This document shows positions 53,457 to 62,554 of a stretch of 64,000 nucleotides of DNA, piece after piece. Every line of letters starts with the position of its first letter. The first letter of the stretch is position 1. A model generated the notes under the pieces. It was not told the origin of the DNA and did no database searches. It saw only the letters and a list, made by a program, of their open reading frames with translations. Both the position numbers and the translations under genes were made by a program. The DNA comes from a virus, in the IMG/VR virus record IMGVR_UViG_3300005563_000031, positions 1 through 64,000 of that record. One strand, given 5' to 3'.

Positions 53457-53555
53457 GTCGAAAGACTCCCGTTAGGTTATCTAATTCGACATGAAGTTCT
53501 CCTCATAGTGGTTCAAAGGTCGCAGTTTCAACGAACGCCTGCTAAGCGCAATCAA

Positions 53556-54002
53556 CTATACCGGATAGGCGCCGGTGAGCAAATAGTTAGCAAGCCGATT
53601 CGCGCGCTTTTCATGCACCTGCGTGCGCCACTTGCTGTTCAACAATTCGTCGTGCGCCGCCTTCCAGTTATGGAGCCGGATCGCGGCTCGCGTATCGACA
53701 AATCCCAGCCACCTCCCCGCACCCATGTTGAAACACAATTCAACCACCGCGTTGCGCCGACAATCCGTATCCAAGTACGGCCACTCCGGTGTCCGCTCCG
53801 CGCCCGCGAGTGCCTTCTGTAAATCCACTGTACGCCAATTATCCGCTTGCTGTTGGGTGATCGTGTACCCACTCCACTGTAGCATGGGGTCTAGTCTGTG
53901 TCCCCACCCGACGGTCCACCATCCTTCGGTGTCGACATAGGCGGTAAGTTCGCACCGCTCGCTGGTGTTGATATCCCTAATAAGCCGTGCATCGAAGTCC
54001 AT
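53556..54002 (-). CDS. endolysin (GH24, T4-lysozyme-like)
   Basis: E.....AYVDTEGWWTVGWGH, ELCFNMG, LNSKWRTQV..RANRL. Confidence 0.92.
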   Translation of the reverse strand: MDFDARLIRDINTSERCELTAYVDTEGWWTVGWGHRLDPMLQWSGYTITQQQADNWRTVDLQKALAGAERTPEWPYLDTDCRRNAVVELCFNMGAGRWLGFVDTRAAIRLHNWKAAHDELLNSKWRTQVHEKRANRLANYLLTGAYPV

Positions 54003-54238
54003 TTTCCATCCTTGCCCCGGAACCGAGCTTCTGGACGTGGGGTGTGGTGAATTACTTTCCGTGTAACAATTTCAATCGAGTGGTATTGTGGATCCAACTG
54101 CCCCTCAATCGGCTCGTGGTCGGGCGGTGCGTTATTGCGTGCAAAAGCCTGCACCTGCTCCTCGTTCGCATGATTCGTGCTCACGAAACTGTCGTGAATT
54201 ACGCCTGTGTCTTTATGGTAAAAATGAAAGTGTCTCAT
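53891..54238 (-). CDS. small tail-associated hypothetical protein
   Basis: coupled to the tail-tip gene; tail overlaps the endolysin by 112 nt. Confidence 0.55.
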   Translation of the reverse strand: MRHFHFYHKDTGVIHDSFVSTNHANEEQVQAFARNNAPPDHEPIEGQLDPQYHSIEIVTRKVIHHTPRPEARFRGKDGKWTSMHGLLGISTPASGANLPPMSTPKDGGPSGGDTD

Positions 54239-57200
54239 CGAATTACAAACTCTATATCTACGACCACCGAGCCGTAATTAATTGTTTGACTGCCGGAGGA
54301 CGGTACTACAATGGCAGTGCCGCCTGTGATGAAATTATAAAAGCCCGCTTTATACGTAAAGGGTAACATGGCTTGCAAAGTAATGGATTGGACAGCGCCG
54401 CTGCCGGTGGGAACGACTTGCAGGGGTGTAAAGAACGCGCTTTGGGCGACAGCGGGATCATTGCCTACAATGGGCGATCCGGTCGGGGAGTTAGACCACT
54501 GCCGCAGCCCCCACACACCCATTTTTATATCACCAAACGTACCTGCTACCTGCGCCGCGTTCAGTGTCGCGGTAATGATCATCGTACAGTCGTAATTGGG
54601 AGCGGGTGTTGCGTTGAGATACGAGAAGTACCACGTGCCCGCCGGATTCGTTACACCGGTGGTGGTGGTGGAAACGCCACCCGAAGCAATGAGCGTGGCC
54701 GCGTTATTGCGAATTTGTACGGTATCTTGGAAGAGTGCATCCGGTGTAGGACCGTAGTCCACGGAGTTAATAGCTGCGCCTACAGCGTAGAAACTCGTAT
54801 CCAAATACACTGCCGAGCCGGTCGGTACGCCCAGTGACGCACCGGTCGCTGAATCTAGTACCGATCCATTTTTCAAAAATCTGAAGGTAGTCCCGTCCCA
54901 CGTCACCCCCAGCACATCGGTTGTGAGGTAAGCAGCGCCCGCCGTAACGCCTGTTCCATTTTTGAAAATGTAAAGGGCACCGCTTACTGTACAATCAATC
55001 GCCGCTGTAATTGTGCTGTAACCAGAATCAAGTCCCGGCCTTACCCCCAATCCCACCATTACGTCCGTTAACGCACTTACCTTCCAAAACACGTGCGCTG
55101 TAGGATATCCCTCAAGCGAATACACATCCGCATTCCAACCCGCCGTCGTGTTGGCAAGGTTTTTAGCAAATGTGACCCCATTTACTGACGTGCCGTTGCG
55201 GGCAACAAAAGGAGTGGGGGTGGCTGGATTCAACAATCCAAAATAAACGTTGTCGAATACGAAGTTGGGCGAGTTCAACGAACAATCAAAATACAGCGAC
55301 TTACCGGGAGCCGGTATTGTTCGCCAATTAATGTTGTCGGCAAAGTAGGTAACAAATTTACCGTCGTACCGTATCTCGAGTAGCGTGTCGGTAGTAGCGG
55401 TAATGGGAATCGTATCAACCAATCCCCCATTTTCATAGATTTGGTAAAATCCACCCGACACGTACCACGCGTAATCCAGTGACGCGAAACTCTCATCGGT
55501 AAGGGGGTCTGAATTTAACCCAAACATGCCGTACAACATAGGCGTGCGCGTAACCACCCGAGCAACACAACCGCCCGAAAGCGCATCCTCGCTATAGCAA
55601 TCTGAATCCCATGCGGCGGCGGCGTTTAACTTCTTGTAAATTTGATTGCCCGTGCATACCGCGCTGTTGCGCGCCACTAACGGCAAAGCGCCCGGTGCTT
55701 CGAGCACACCTGCGTTCTGCCCTTGGAAAAAGCCCTGGTATGCAACTTCCTCTGACAGCGAGCGTACGCCTCCACCAAACAAGTTGAATGAAACAAACTT
55801 AGCCCAGAACGGCAGCCCCGCGTAACCGGGATCAAAAGCGAGCCGGAAAATGTCCTGGTCAATAACGGCAAAATTGCTGCCCGCCGGATGCGCAACAGTG
55901 TTCGTACTACCGTATTTACCACGCCGAAGGTATGTGAGCACAAACGCGTTGTCACCTAACGCCTGGGCCGTCTGATAGGAAATAATTTCTCCATCCACGA
56001 TGCACGGTGTTAGAATATTGTCCGCATCCGCCCGTGTACCTGAAGTCATTGTTAGAGGGCTAGACTGAAGTAATTGCACCGACACGCTGTTGGCGGTATC
56101 GGGGTCATTCCCCGCTGGTAGCAACTGCGTCGTCGTGCCATAACGACTTGGCGCATCCACCACACCCACACGCCAATACGTGATATTGTCGAGCGACAAG
56201 TACACCCCGCACCCGCCCCATTCGCCCCCCGCACCGCCTACCGCAATCCCCAGCTCATACCCGTTTGAAGCGGGCGCCGCGAGCGAGGGCGGGAATGTGA
56301 ACATGTAGGGTTTAGCAACAGGTCCCGGATCACCTAAGAAGTTCTGCACGTAGGCTTGTGCAAATTGATTGTTGTAAAGGGGCGCGGCGGCCGGACCAAC
56401 AACCATTTCCTCCGCGATAATTTCAATCGTGTCATCAGGATTGTCGGTAACGTCCGTAATGCGCACGAGCTGATTAACAATGCCCATCCGGCTATCGTTG
56501 ATCGCTATAAGGTCCATCGGCTCAAGCAAACAAAAATCCGCCCGCAACTTGAAAGCAAACGTATTGCGGATGTACAGATTGCGGTTACACATCAACGTGG
56601 CAATTTGATGCGCAACTGCTCGGTTCTTAATCAAATGCAGCGAAACAGCAGACTGCACCCGCAAGCCGTTTGTTGCGACGTCCAACTCGTCGCGATACTC
56701 CGCAATGGCCGTGTTGTATTGGTTTGTGCGATCAAGGAATTCTATCCGCCAACAGTTAAAGGTCTGATTGGCAGGGATAATAGACACCGTAACGGGCGCC
56801 GAGGTGCCGGTGTTAGGATCTATCGCATAGTCACTGTCGTCAATCGAGTAAAGTGGTGTTAGATTTGGAGTATAGGTAACTCCATTACCCGTAATCGCCG
56901 TATCACCATATGGAACAAATCGCAAGCCTGTACCCGGCGACCACACGCAGTTGCTATTAGTCGCTTGCAGTACTTCGTTGATAAAGTCCTGCGCGGCACG
57001 CTGCTGCTGTTCACAGGCTGAGAAAAAGAAGTTGTTGGCTGTGCAGTAGGTTTGGAACTGATCACTATCTACCGGAGCAAGATAAGGGAAATTCGCCCCG
57101 TGATTGGGATCTGTGCAATAGTCAACAAGAAACACCGCCGGATGCGCATCCATTGTGCTTGTGTAAAGGCACATACCGGATACTTCAAACGTGTAATTCG

Positions 57201-57660
57201 GTAATCCAGCCGAACTCCCAAGGTCTAAGTTCGGCGCTGCAATGTAGGCGGAGTGGTCATAGGGCAGTGCGTGATCAAGGTGGTGTTGGGTCATGTACGA
57301 CCACGGTGCTTGTGCGCCAGCACCGCTAAAAAACACCATATTCTGTGCGGCCAACGTCGTTACGCTTTGGTTGTTGAAAACCGCCGTAACGGCCGGCACC
57401 GGTCCCTCGCACAACAAACCCATGACCGAAGCGCTGTAGTCGTAGGAACTCGAAGTCTTTGACCCGCCGCCCTTGCCGCCTTGCTGTTGAGAAACGGGTG
57501 TTGCGGTGAAGTCAACATAATCAATCAAAATCATCGGCAACCGGTCTGTACCGTACAACAACGGAATGCAATTGCCGTAGGAGGACTGGTTGATCTGGAT
57601 TGAATTGAGCCGAGTAGGTGCTTTACTTTGCGGCTGTTTAGAGGAGAAAATGCCGCCCAT
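54235..57660 (-). CDS. central tail tip / host-specificity protein (lambda J, GTA megatron-like)
   Basis: SSYGNCIPLLYG, QQGGKGGG, LCEGP, LPNYTFEV, LEPMD; repeated C-terminal beta domains. Confidence 0.88.
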   Translation of the reverse strand: MGGIFSSKQPQSKAPTRLNSIQINQSSYGNCIPLLYGTDRLPMILIDYVDFTATPVSQQQGGKGGGSKTSSSYDYSASVMGLLCEGPVPAVTAVFNNQSVTTLAAQNMVFFSGAGAQAPWSYMTQHHLDHALPYDHSAYIAAPNLDLGSSAGLPNYTFEVSGMCLYTSTMDAHPAVFLVDYCTDPNHGANFPYLAPVDSDQFQTYCTANNFFFSACEQQQRAAQDFINEVLQATNSNCVWSPGTGLRFVPYGDTAITGNGVTYTPNLTPLYSIDDSDYAIDPNTGTSAPVTVSIIPANQTFNCWRIEFLDRTNQYNTAIAEYRDELDVATNGLRVQSAVSLHLIKNRAVAHQIATLMCNRNLYIRNTFAFKLRADFCLLEPMDLIAINDSRMGIVNQLVRITDVTDNPDDTIEIIAEEMVVGPAAAPLYNNQFAQAYVQNFLGDPGPVAKPYMFTFPPSLAAPASNGYELGIAVGGAGGEWGGCGVYLSLDNITYWRVGVVDAPSRYGTTTQLLPAGNDPDTANSVSVQLLQSSPLTMTSGTRADADNILTPCIVDGEIISYQTAQALGDNAFVLTYLRRGKYGSTNTVAHPAGSNFAVIDQDIFRLAFDPGYAGLPFWAKFVSFNLFGGGVRSLSEEVAYQGFFQGQNAGVLEAPGALPLVARNSAVCTGNQIYKKLNAAAAWDSDCYSEDALSGGCVARVVTRTPMLYGMFGLNSDPLTDESFASLDYAWYVSGGFYQIYENGGLVDTIPITATTDTLLEIRYDGKFVTYFADNINWRTIPAPGKSLYFDCSLNSPNFVFDNVYFGLLNPATPTPFVARNGTSVNGVTFAKNLANTTAGWNADVYSLEGYPTAHVFWKVSALTDVMVGLGVRPGLDSGYSTITAAIDCTVSGALYIFKNGTGVTAGAAYLTTDVLGVTWDGTTFRFLKNGSVLDSATGASLGVPTGSAVYLDTSFYAVGAAINSVDYGPTPDALFQDTVQIRNNAATLIASGGVSTTTTGVTNPAGTWYFSYLNATPAPNYDCTMIITATLNAAQVAGTFGDIKMGVWGLRQWSNSPTGSPIVGNDPAVAQSAFFTPLQVVPTGSGAVQSITLQAMLPFTYKAGFYNFITGGTAIVVPSSGSQTINYGSVVVDIEFVIR

Positions 57661-58109
57661 TAAAAGGGACTCCAGTAGCTATGGAACCACGGCGCCATCA
57701 TGCGCTTCTCACAAAACTCAACTCGTCCCGCGCGCCGATGCGCGTGAATGATGTACTCCTCACCCACTGCAATCGCCCCGTGCGACGCGTGCCGACCAAA
57801 CTTGTACATCAGCACGTCGCCGTCTTGCGCCAACTCCACTTTGTGCGCCCACTTCTCGAGGCCTGCCATATACAGTTCCTCGTTCTGGTGTAAGTGCCAA
57901 TTTGGGCTGTAGGGGCGCGGATCGTAAGCGGAATCAACTACACCGATGCTGCTATAAACACCAATTAACAACATGGCGCAGTCCACCGCGCCCTTATCAC
58001 CCTTTACGTAACCACAATCCACATACGGTGTATTGAGCCAGCTAAAAGCCTCGGCCACCGCTGCTTTACGCAGCTTATCAACTTCAAGCTTTGTACGTCC
58101 TTGCGCCAT
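57660..58109 (-). CDS. NlpC/P60 tail peptidase
   Basis: WLNTPY, VDCAMLL, SHGAI, IIHA. Confidence 0.88.
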   Translation of the reverse strand: MAQGRTKLEVDKLRKAAVAEAFSWLNTPYVDCGYVKGDKGAVDCAMLLIGVYSSIGVVDSAYDPRPYSPNWHLHQNEELYMAGLEKWAHKVELAQDGDVLMYKFGRHASHGAIAVGEEYIIHAHRRAGRVEFCEKRMMAPWFHSYWSPF

Positions 58110-59067
58110 TCGCCCCTCCAAACGGACTCCCCGTCTTCGGTCCCCCCTGACCACCATAATCTTGGCGCGAGCCTTGTATAACGTTACCGCCGTCGTACAG
58201 TGTTTCTGGAACCGGAATGTAAGGATAAGACCTATTTCGTTTTAGATTGTTGAATTTGACGGTACAGGTAGGAATTGTCTTATCACAACCAGGCAATGCT
58301 GTGAACCCCACACCCGCCACCGGTGCAGACGGCAACGGGTATGGCAACGTAAACACACCACCCGATCCCTGGTACGCCTTAACATTACGCGAGATACCCG
58401 CCAACACACCGGTCGTAAACGTAATACGCCCGAGGGTGAAGTAATCGTCCGGCTGCGTACTGATGTTGGTAACTACATGCAACGTATCGGAACCGGCGAG
58501 CACAACGTCTACATTGGTGTAATTAGCCGGCGATAATCCACACCCCGGATCAAACAGCGTGTGAATACATCCAGGAGCAAGGATGTTGGGCGGCATTTGC
58601 ACGTTCAACATCTCGATATCGGAATTGACCGTGACAACAGCTGAGAAACGATCGATTGTTATCTTATTAACGCGCCCCTGGAACCACGGCGTTGCACCCG
58701 GTGTCGTGTCCTTGAAGTCGTTAAGAAACATCTTAGACCAGGTAATGCGCGCGCCGTCGAGGACGCGTTCTTTGCAGGCCTGTAGAAACGGAAATCCTCC
58801 AAGCAACACCGGGGCCACCGGCGAGTCTGCTTGCGGGGAAAACGTAATATCAACCGACTGCACCTGTAGTCCCAAACTCTGTGTCGTCGCACCGCGCGTA
58901 ATAGTAAGCCCGGTTTGGTATAGTTGATTGCCAAAGGGCATTGGCAACTGTGTTGAGGTGAAGTAGTACACCTGCTTACCGCCTGCCAGCGTAATGGTGT
59001 ACAGGTCTGCCCGCTTGTACTGACCCGCGTCCAGTATTTCCCTTGCTGCAACAGAGGCTTGCTTCAT
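58084..59067 (-). CDS. tail hub protein (DUF2163/BR0599-like)
   Basis: CIHTLFDPGCGL, GCDKTIPTCTVKFNN...YPYIP. Confidence 0.88.
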   Translation of the reverse strand: MKQASVAAREILDAGQYKRADLYTITLAGGKQVYYFTSTQLPMPFGNQLYQTGLTITRGATTQSLGLQVQSVDITFSPQADSPVAPVLLGGFPFLQACKERVLDGARITWSKMFLNDFKDTTPGATPWFQGRVNKITIDRFSAVVTVNSDIEMLNVQMPPNILAPGCIHTLFDPGCGLSPANYTNVDVVLAGSDTLHVVTNISTQPDDYFTLGRITFTTGVLAGISRNVKAYQGSGGVFTLPYPLPSAPVAGVGFTALPGCDKTIPTCTVKFNNLKRNRSYPYIPVPETLYDGGNVIQGSRQDYGGQGGPKTGSPFGGANGARTYKA

Positions 59068-60503
59068 AGTATCACGCTATGGAATTTAAGCGCCTGTAGA
59101 CTCCAGAATGTTGACATGAACTGTTCAGGTGCGCTGATATCCTCATCAAACCGACAGTTGTAATAGAATTTTCCGGTCCACGTCAGCGTATGCCCACTGG
59201 CCGGCGGCGAACCGGGAGAGGGGAAAGTGACGATGCCCGTCGGACCTACCGAATAGTTTGCGGAGCTGACGAGCACACCGTTGTCGTAGATCTGGATCGC
59301 GGGAGTGGGTTGTACGGCTTGTACGATCTCAAACCCGAATGGGCCGTCTACGTTGTTATTGCCAGCAATGAGCTGGAATGTGCGAGTAATGCCGTCACCT
59401 GTTCCAAACGGGTACGCGGTGACAGAATTAAAAGCGCTGTCCTCATACAAGAACGTATTCGTTTGTCCTTGCATTTGGTTAAACAAGCCTACAATCTTAC
59501 GCAAATCGTCAATTGCCGCAGCCCGGTCCAACAACTCATAATTCAACTCCCACTCCACAATCGGGTACTGCGAGTAGGACAAGGTCGAGGTTTTGCCGGT
59601 GACCGCCTTTTGCACTGTCGTGCGCCACACGTAGCTACGCGCCCCCTCCCACGTCAACCCCTTAATGTTCTGTGGGAATACACTTGGATTACCTACCGAC
59701 AAACTACCGTCAGACAACGTAAAGGTAATCGTGCTACCTACAACAAGGTTGGTACCTGCAATAGGGAATTGCGCCAAAATCGTGTTGATGAGCTGCGCCG
59801 ACGGCAACGTGTTGGTAGAGATCGATAAACCGAGTGCTGCTACTTGAGGGCTAGCGACACTCAACAACTGCCCAACAAAATTCGGTAGCGCGTTCGCTAC
59901 CGAGATCGTATCTACAATGTCTGTGAACGAGCCAAACGGGTCACTAATTCGAGTTACAAAACCAAAGGTTCCAAACGCACTCGTGCTGCCCGTAACATGC
60001 CCTGCGCTCGTCATGGTCAAGCCGGGAGGTAGTGCACCGGAATGGATAGCAAACGTGACTAAATCCCCATCCGGATCCACAGCCACAAGTTGAATGTCTA
60101 CCGTTTGGTTGAGCGTAAAGACTGTATTAGGAAAGAACGTAGTGCCCTGGCCCCCGGCCGGCTGGGGCGGTAGATCGTTAATTGTCAGCGTGCCCTCACC
60201 CGCTAATGTGCGAGTGCCCACATAGTAGGCATCAACAGTAACTGTTTGGCGGGAACCGTCTTTGAACGCGTTGTACTCGTAGACACCGTTTTGGTCTACA
60301 CGCAGGTCATAGTTACCCGGTGCAGCTTGCATGCTCGTAATAAGCACGTCGTTCGCGGAGGGCGTCGGTGTGAGGCGCGGTACGAGGGAATCAGCGCCCA
60401 CAGGAACAGAGCCGACCACGCGCGTAGTCTTCCGACCGAGCAATGTGCGCCCGGCCATGCCGTGCGGCAGTGTTAGATAGCCGGTGTACAGTCCATGTAG
60501 CAC
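59064..60503 (-). CDS. distal tail protein (DUF2460-like) with N-terminal Ig (He_PIG) and PASTA-like domains
   Basis: FLYED, FGTGDG, LTWTGKFYYNCRFDED; DPDGD..TF....GALPPGLT; LPNFVGQLLSVA...ILAQFPIAGT. Confidence 0.8.
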   Translation of the reverse strand: MLHGLYTGYLTLPHGMAGRTLLGRKTTRVVGSVPVGADSLVPRLTPTPSANDVLITSMQAAPGNYDLRVDQNGVYEYNAFKDGSRQTVTVDAYYVGTRTLAGEGTLTINDLPPQPAGGQGTTFFPNTVFTLNQTVDIQLVAVDPDGDLVTFAIHSGALPPGLTMTSAGHVTGSTSAFGTFGFVTRISDPFGSFTDIVDTISVANALPNFVGQLLSVASPQVAALGLSISTNTLPSAQLINTILAQFPIAGTNLVVGSTITFTLSDGSLSVGNPSVFPQNIKGLTWEGARSYVWRTTVQKAVTGKTSTLSYSQYPIVEWELNYELLDRAAAIDDLRKIVGLFNQMQGQTNTFLYEDSAFNSVTAYPFGTGDGITRTFQLIAGNNNVDGPFGFEIVQAVQPTPAIQIYDNGVLVSSANYSVGPTGIVTFPSPGSPPASGHTLTWTGKFYYNCRFDEDISAPEQFMSTFWSLQALKFHSVIL

Positions 60504-60516
60504 AGTAACGTCCTTG

Positions 60517-61284
60517 TTACATGATAATTATTGTATCGCCCGAAGCGAGCGCTGCAGGTAATGCAGTTGTTGTGAAGCGCCGCCCGGCAGTTCCTGTGAT
60601 ATCCGTCAATATAACACCAACCCGCTTCAACATGCCCGTCGATGTCGTAACTAAAAAACCTTTGTTAGCATAAACAGGTGTGGAATCAGTCTCCGTAATA
60701 TCAGAACACTCGAATTGCGTGGTTGTGGGTGTAAAGCTCGCCGCACTCACAGTCCCCGTCGTACGCCCTGCCAGCTCGAGATACAGTTTGGTTGCTGCGG
60801 GACCGTTGCCATTGATCTGCGTAACGTTAACGGGCAACACCCCGCCTGCCGCCGAAATAATCACATCGCCAATCGATTCGATGTCGACCTGTGCAGACAA
60901 GTCGATGATGAATGATTGCGGCGAGCAATTAGAACCCGAGGCTTGCACTGTTACTATCAAATAGTTGGCATTAGACGGCGTCAACGCCGTGTTCAGCAAC
61001 TGCAATTCGTACATGCCAGGATGGTTTGTCATATCAACCGGACCAAACCGACACGAGGCGGCAGCCGGCGCCACGTAAGTACCAGCAGTCGCAATGGACT
61101 GGATCGCGGACCCTGTGTACGAAGTACCCGCCGCTGCGTTGTCCGCAATCACCGAAATACGCAAACCCGATGTGGCGTTGGTTAGTGTGTTGAGCGTGCC
61201 GCCTGTGGTACTGCTGTTATCCATGAGGATAAAGCGAATTACTGCATTTTGGAACGCACCGTTGATACGTGAAATAAGAGACAT
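60517..61284 (-). CDS. putative virion protein
   Basis: Thr/Ala/Ser-rich; in tail operon. Confidence 0.65.
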   Translation of the reverse strand: MSLISRINGAFQNAVIRFILMDNSSTTGGTLNTLTNATSGLRISVIADNAAAGTSYTGSAIQSIATAGTYVAPAAASCRFGPVDMTNHPGMYELQLLNTALTPSNANYLIVTVQASGSNCSPQSFIIDLSAQVDIESIGDVIISAAGGVLPVNVTQINGNGPAATKLYLELAGRTTGTVSAASFTPTTTQFECSDITETDSTPVYANKGFLVTTSTGMLKRVGVILTDITGTAGRRFTTTALPAALASGDTIIIM

Positions 61285-61290
61285 AATCCG

Positions 61291-62523
61291 TTAGCCTCCA
61301 ACAAATCCGCCTGAGAAAATACCCGCCGGCAACATCATGCCACCGGTGCCTCCGCCTCCACCCGTAATGTTCATCGTGAAGAGGTTCGTATCTGCAACCG
61401 CCGTACTCACGGTGTTGTTCGTAGCTCGGAAAAAACACAGCGCGTTTGTCGCATTCGCTACCGGAGTGCCTGAGAACACGTTGCTCGAGATGCTGAGACC
61501 AGACACTGTGAGCGAATTCACAGGTAACGTATAAATCTGTGCACCACTCGAATAGGTCTGGTCGGCGGCAACAAGAATTGTGTTTGCGGTGGCATTTGTT
61601 GCCAGCACGCGCGTTGGTGTGCCGCCGGATGTAACTTTGATGTAGCCGTTAACAGTAATTGACGCAACCGACACAACGGCAATTTCACGCACCGCTGTAC
61701 CGGCACTCGAAGTCGTCGTAGCCGCAGTGGCTGAACCTAACTGCTTAAGCGTCGCAGTGTAGGCGGCTGTCACCTCATCAAACAACGGCAGCGTGCCGCT
61801 CGTACCGAGGTTAATCGAGCTGATCGCTACACCTACAGTGTAGTTCTGCGTGGGGATCGTCGTACCCGTCATGAACGTTTCAATAGACGGATCGCTCGTA
61901 CCGGCACCAATCGTGGCAGAGGGTGTTAGGTCGTTGCTGCCTATCTGGTCTGCAACCGGTGTTTCCGCCACACCTCCCACCGTTGCGAGCTTCCAATAAC
62001 TCACCACACCTTTAATAGCGCGCGGATTGCCGCCGCCGCCAAGGTATGCCATTTCAGCATCCGACAACGCGCGAGCCCACGCGGCCATGTGTGCAGCTTG
62101 CCCGCCAATACCGAACGCGAAGTCACTCGGCCGCCCGGATACGAGCAACGCGGCCATCGCGGCGGGGGAAACAGTGGTACCGGATGTTCCCTTTACCGTA
62201 CCGTTAAGGTAGGAGGCGGCGGAGGAAGTCGACGCAAACACGGCGCCATAATGCTGCCATGTGCTCGTCGTAATCGCGCTCGTGAGTGCCTGGTTAGCAC
62301 CGCCCGAGGAACTGCGGTAGGCACACAGTTTGTTGGAAGCACTCGTGACATCCAGCAAAATGCCAAAGCAGTTTGTCTCACTGTTACTGCCGCCATTTAA
62401 CTGGAACAAGCGCCGGCCCTGACCGCCGGCGTTGTTGGTCCACATAACGAGCGTTAGCGGTACGGCGGTAGCAGGAACCGAGCTACTTGAAAGATGTAGT
62501 GTGCCTGAAAATGTTTGTGACAT
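61291..62523 (-). CDS. LamG/concanavalin-like virion protein
   Basis: TWQHYGAVF....SYLNG...WARALSDAEM. Confidence 0.75.
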   Translation of the reverse strand: MSQTFSGTLHLSSSSVPATAVPLTLVMWTNNAGGQGRRLFQLNGGSNSETNCFGILLDVTSASNKLCAYRSSSGGANQALTSAITTSTWQHYGAVFASTSSAASYLNGTVKGTSGTTVSPAAMAALLVSGRPSDFAFGIGGQAAHMAAWARALSDAEMAYLGGGGNPRAIKGVVSYWKLATVGGVAETPVADQIGSNDLTPSATIGAGTSDPSIETFMTGTTIPTQNYTVGVAISSINLGTSGTLPLFDEVTAAYTATLKQLGSATAATTTSSAGTAVREIAVVSVASITVNGYIKVTSGGTPTRVLATNATANTILVAADQTYSSGAQIYTLPVNSLTVSGLSISSNVFSGTPVANATNALCFFRATNNTVSTAVADTNLFTMNITGGGGGTGGMMLPAGIFSGGFVGG

Positions 62524-62554
62524 GTGCTTTCCCTAGCAGTCGTATCCCTGTTTT

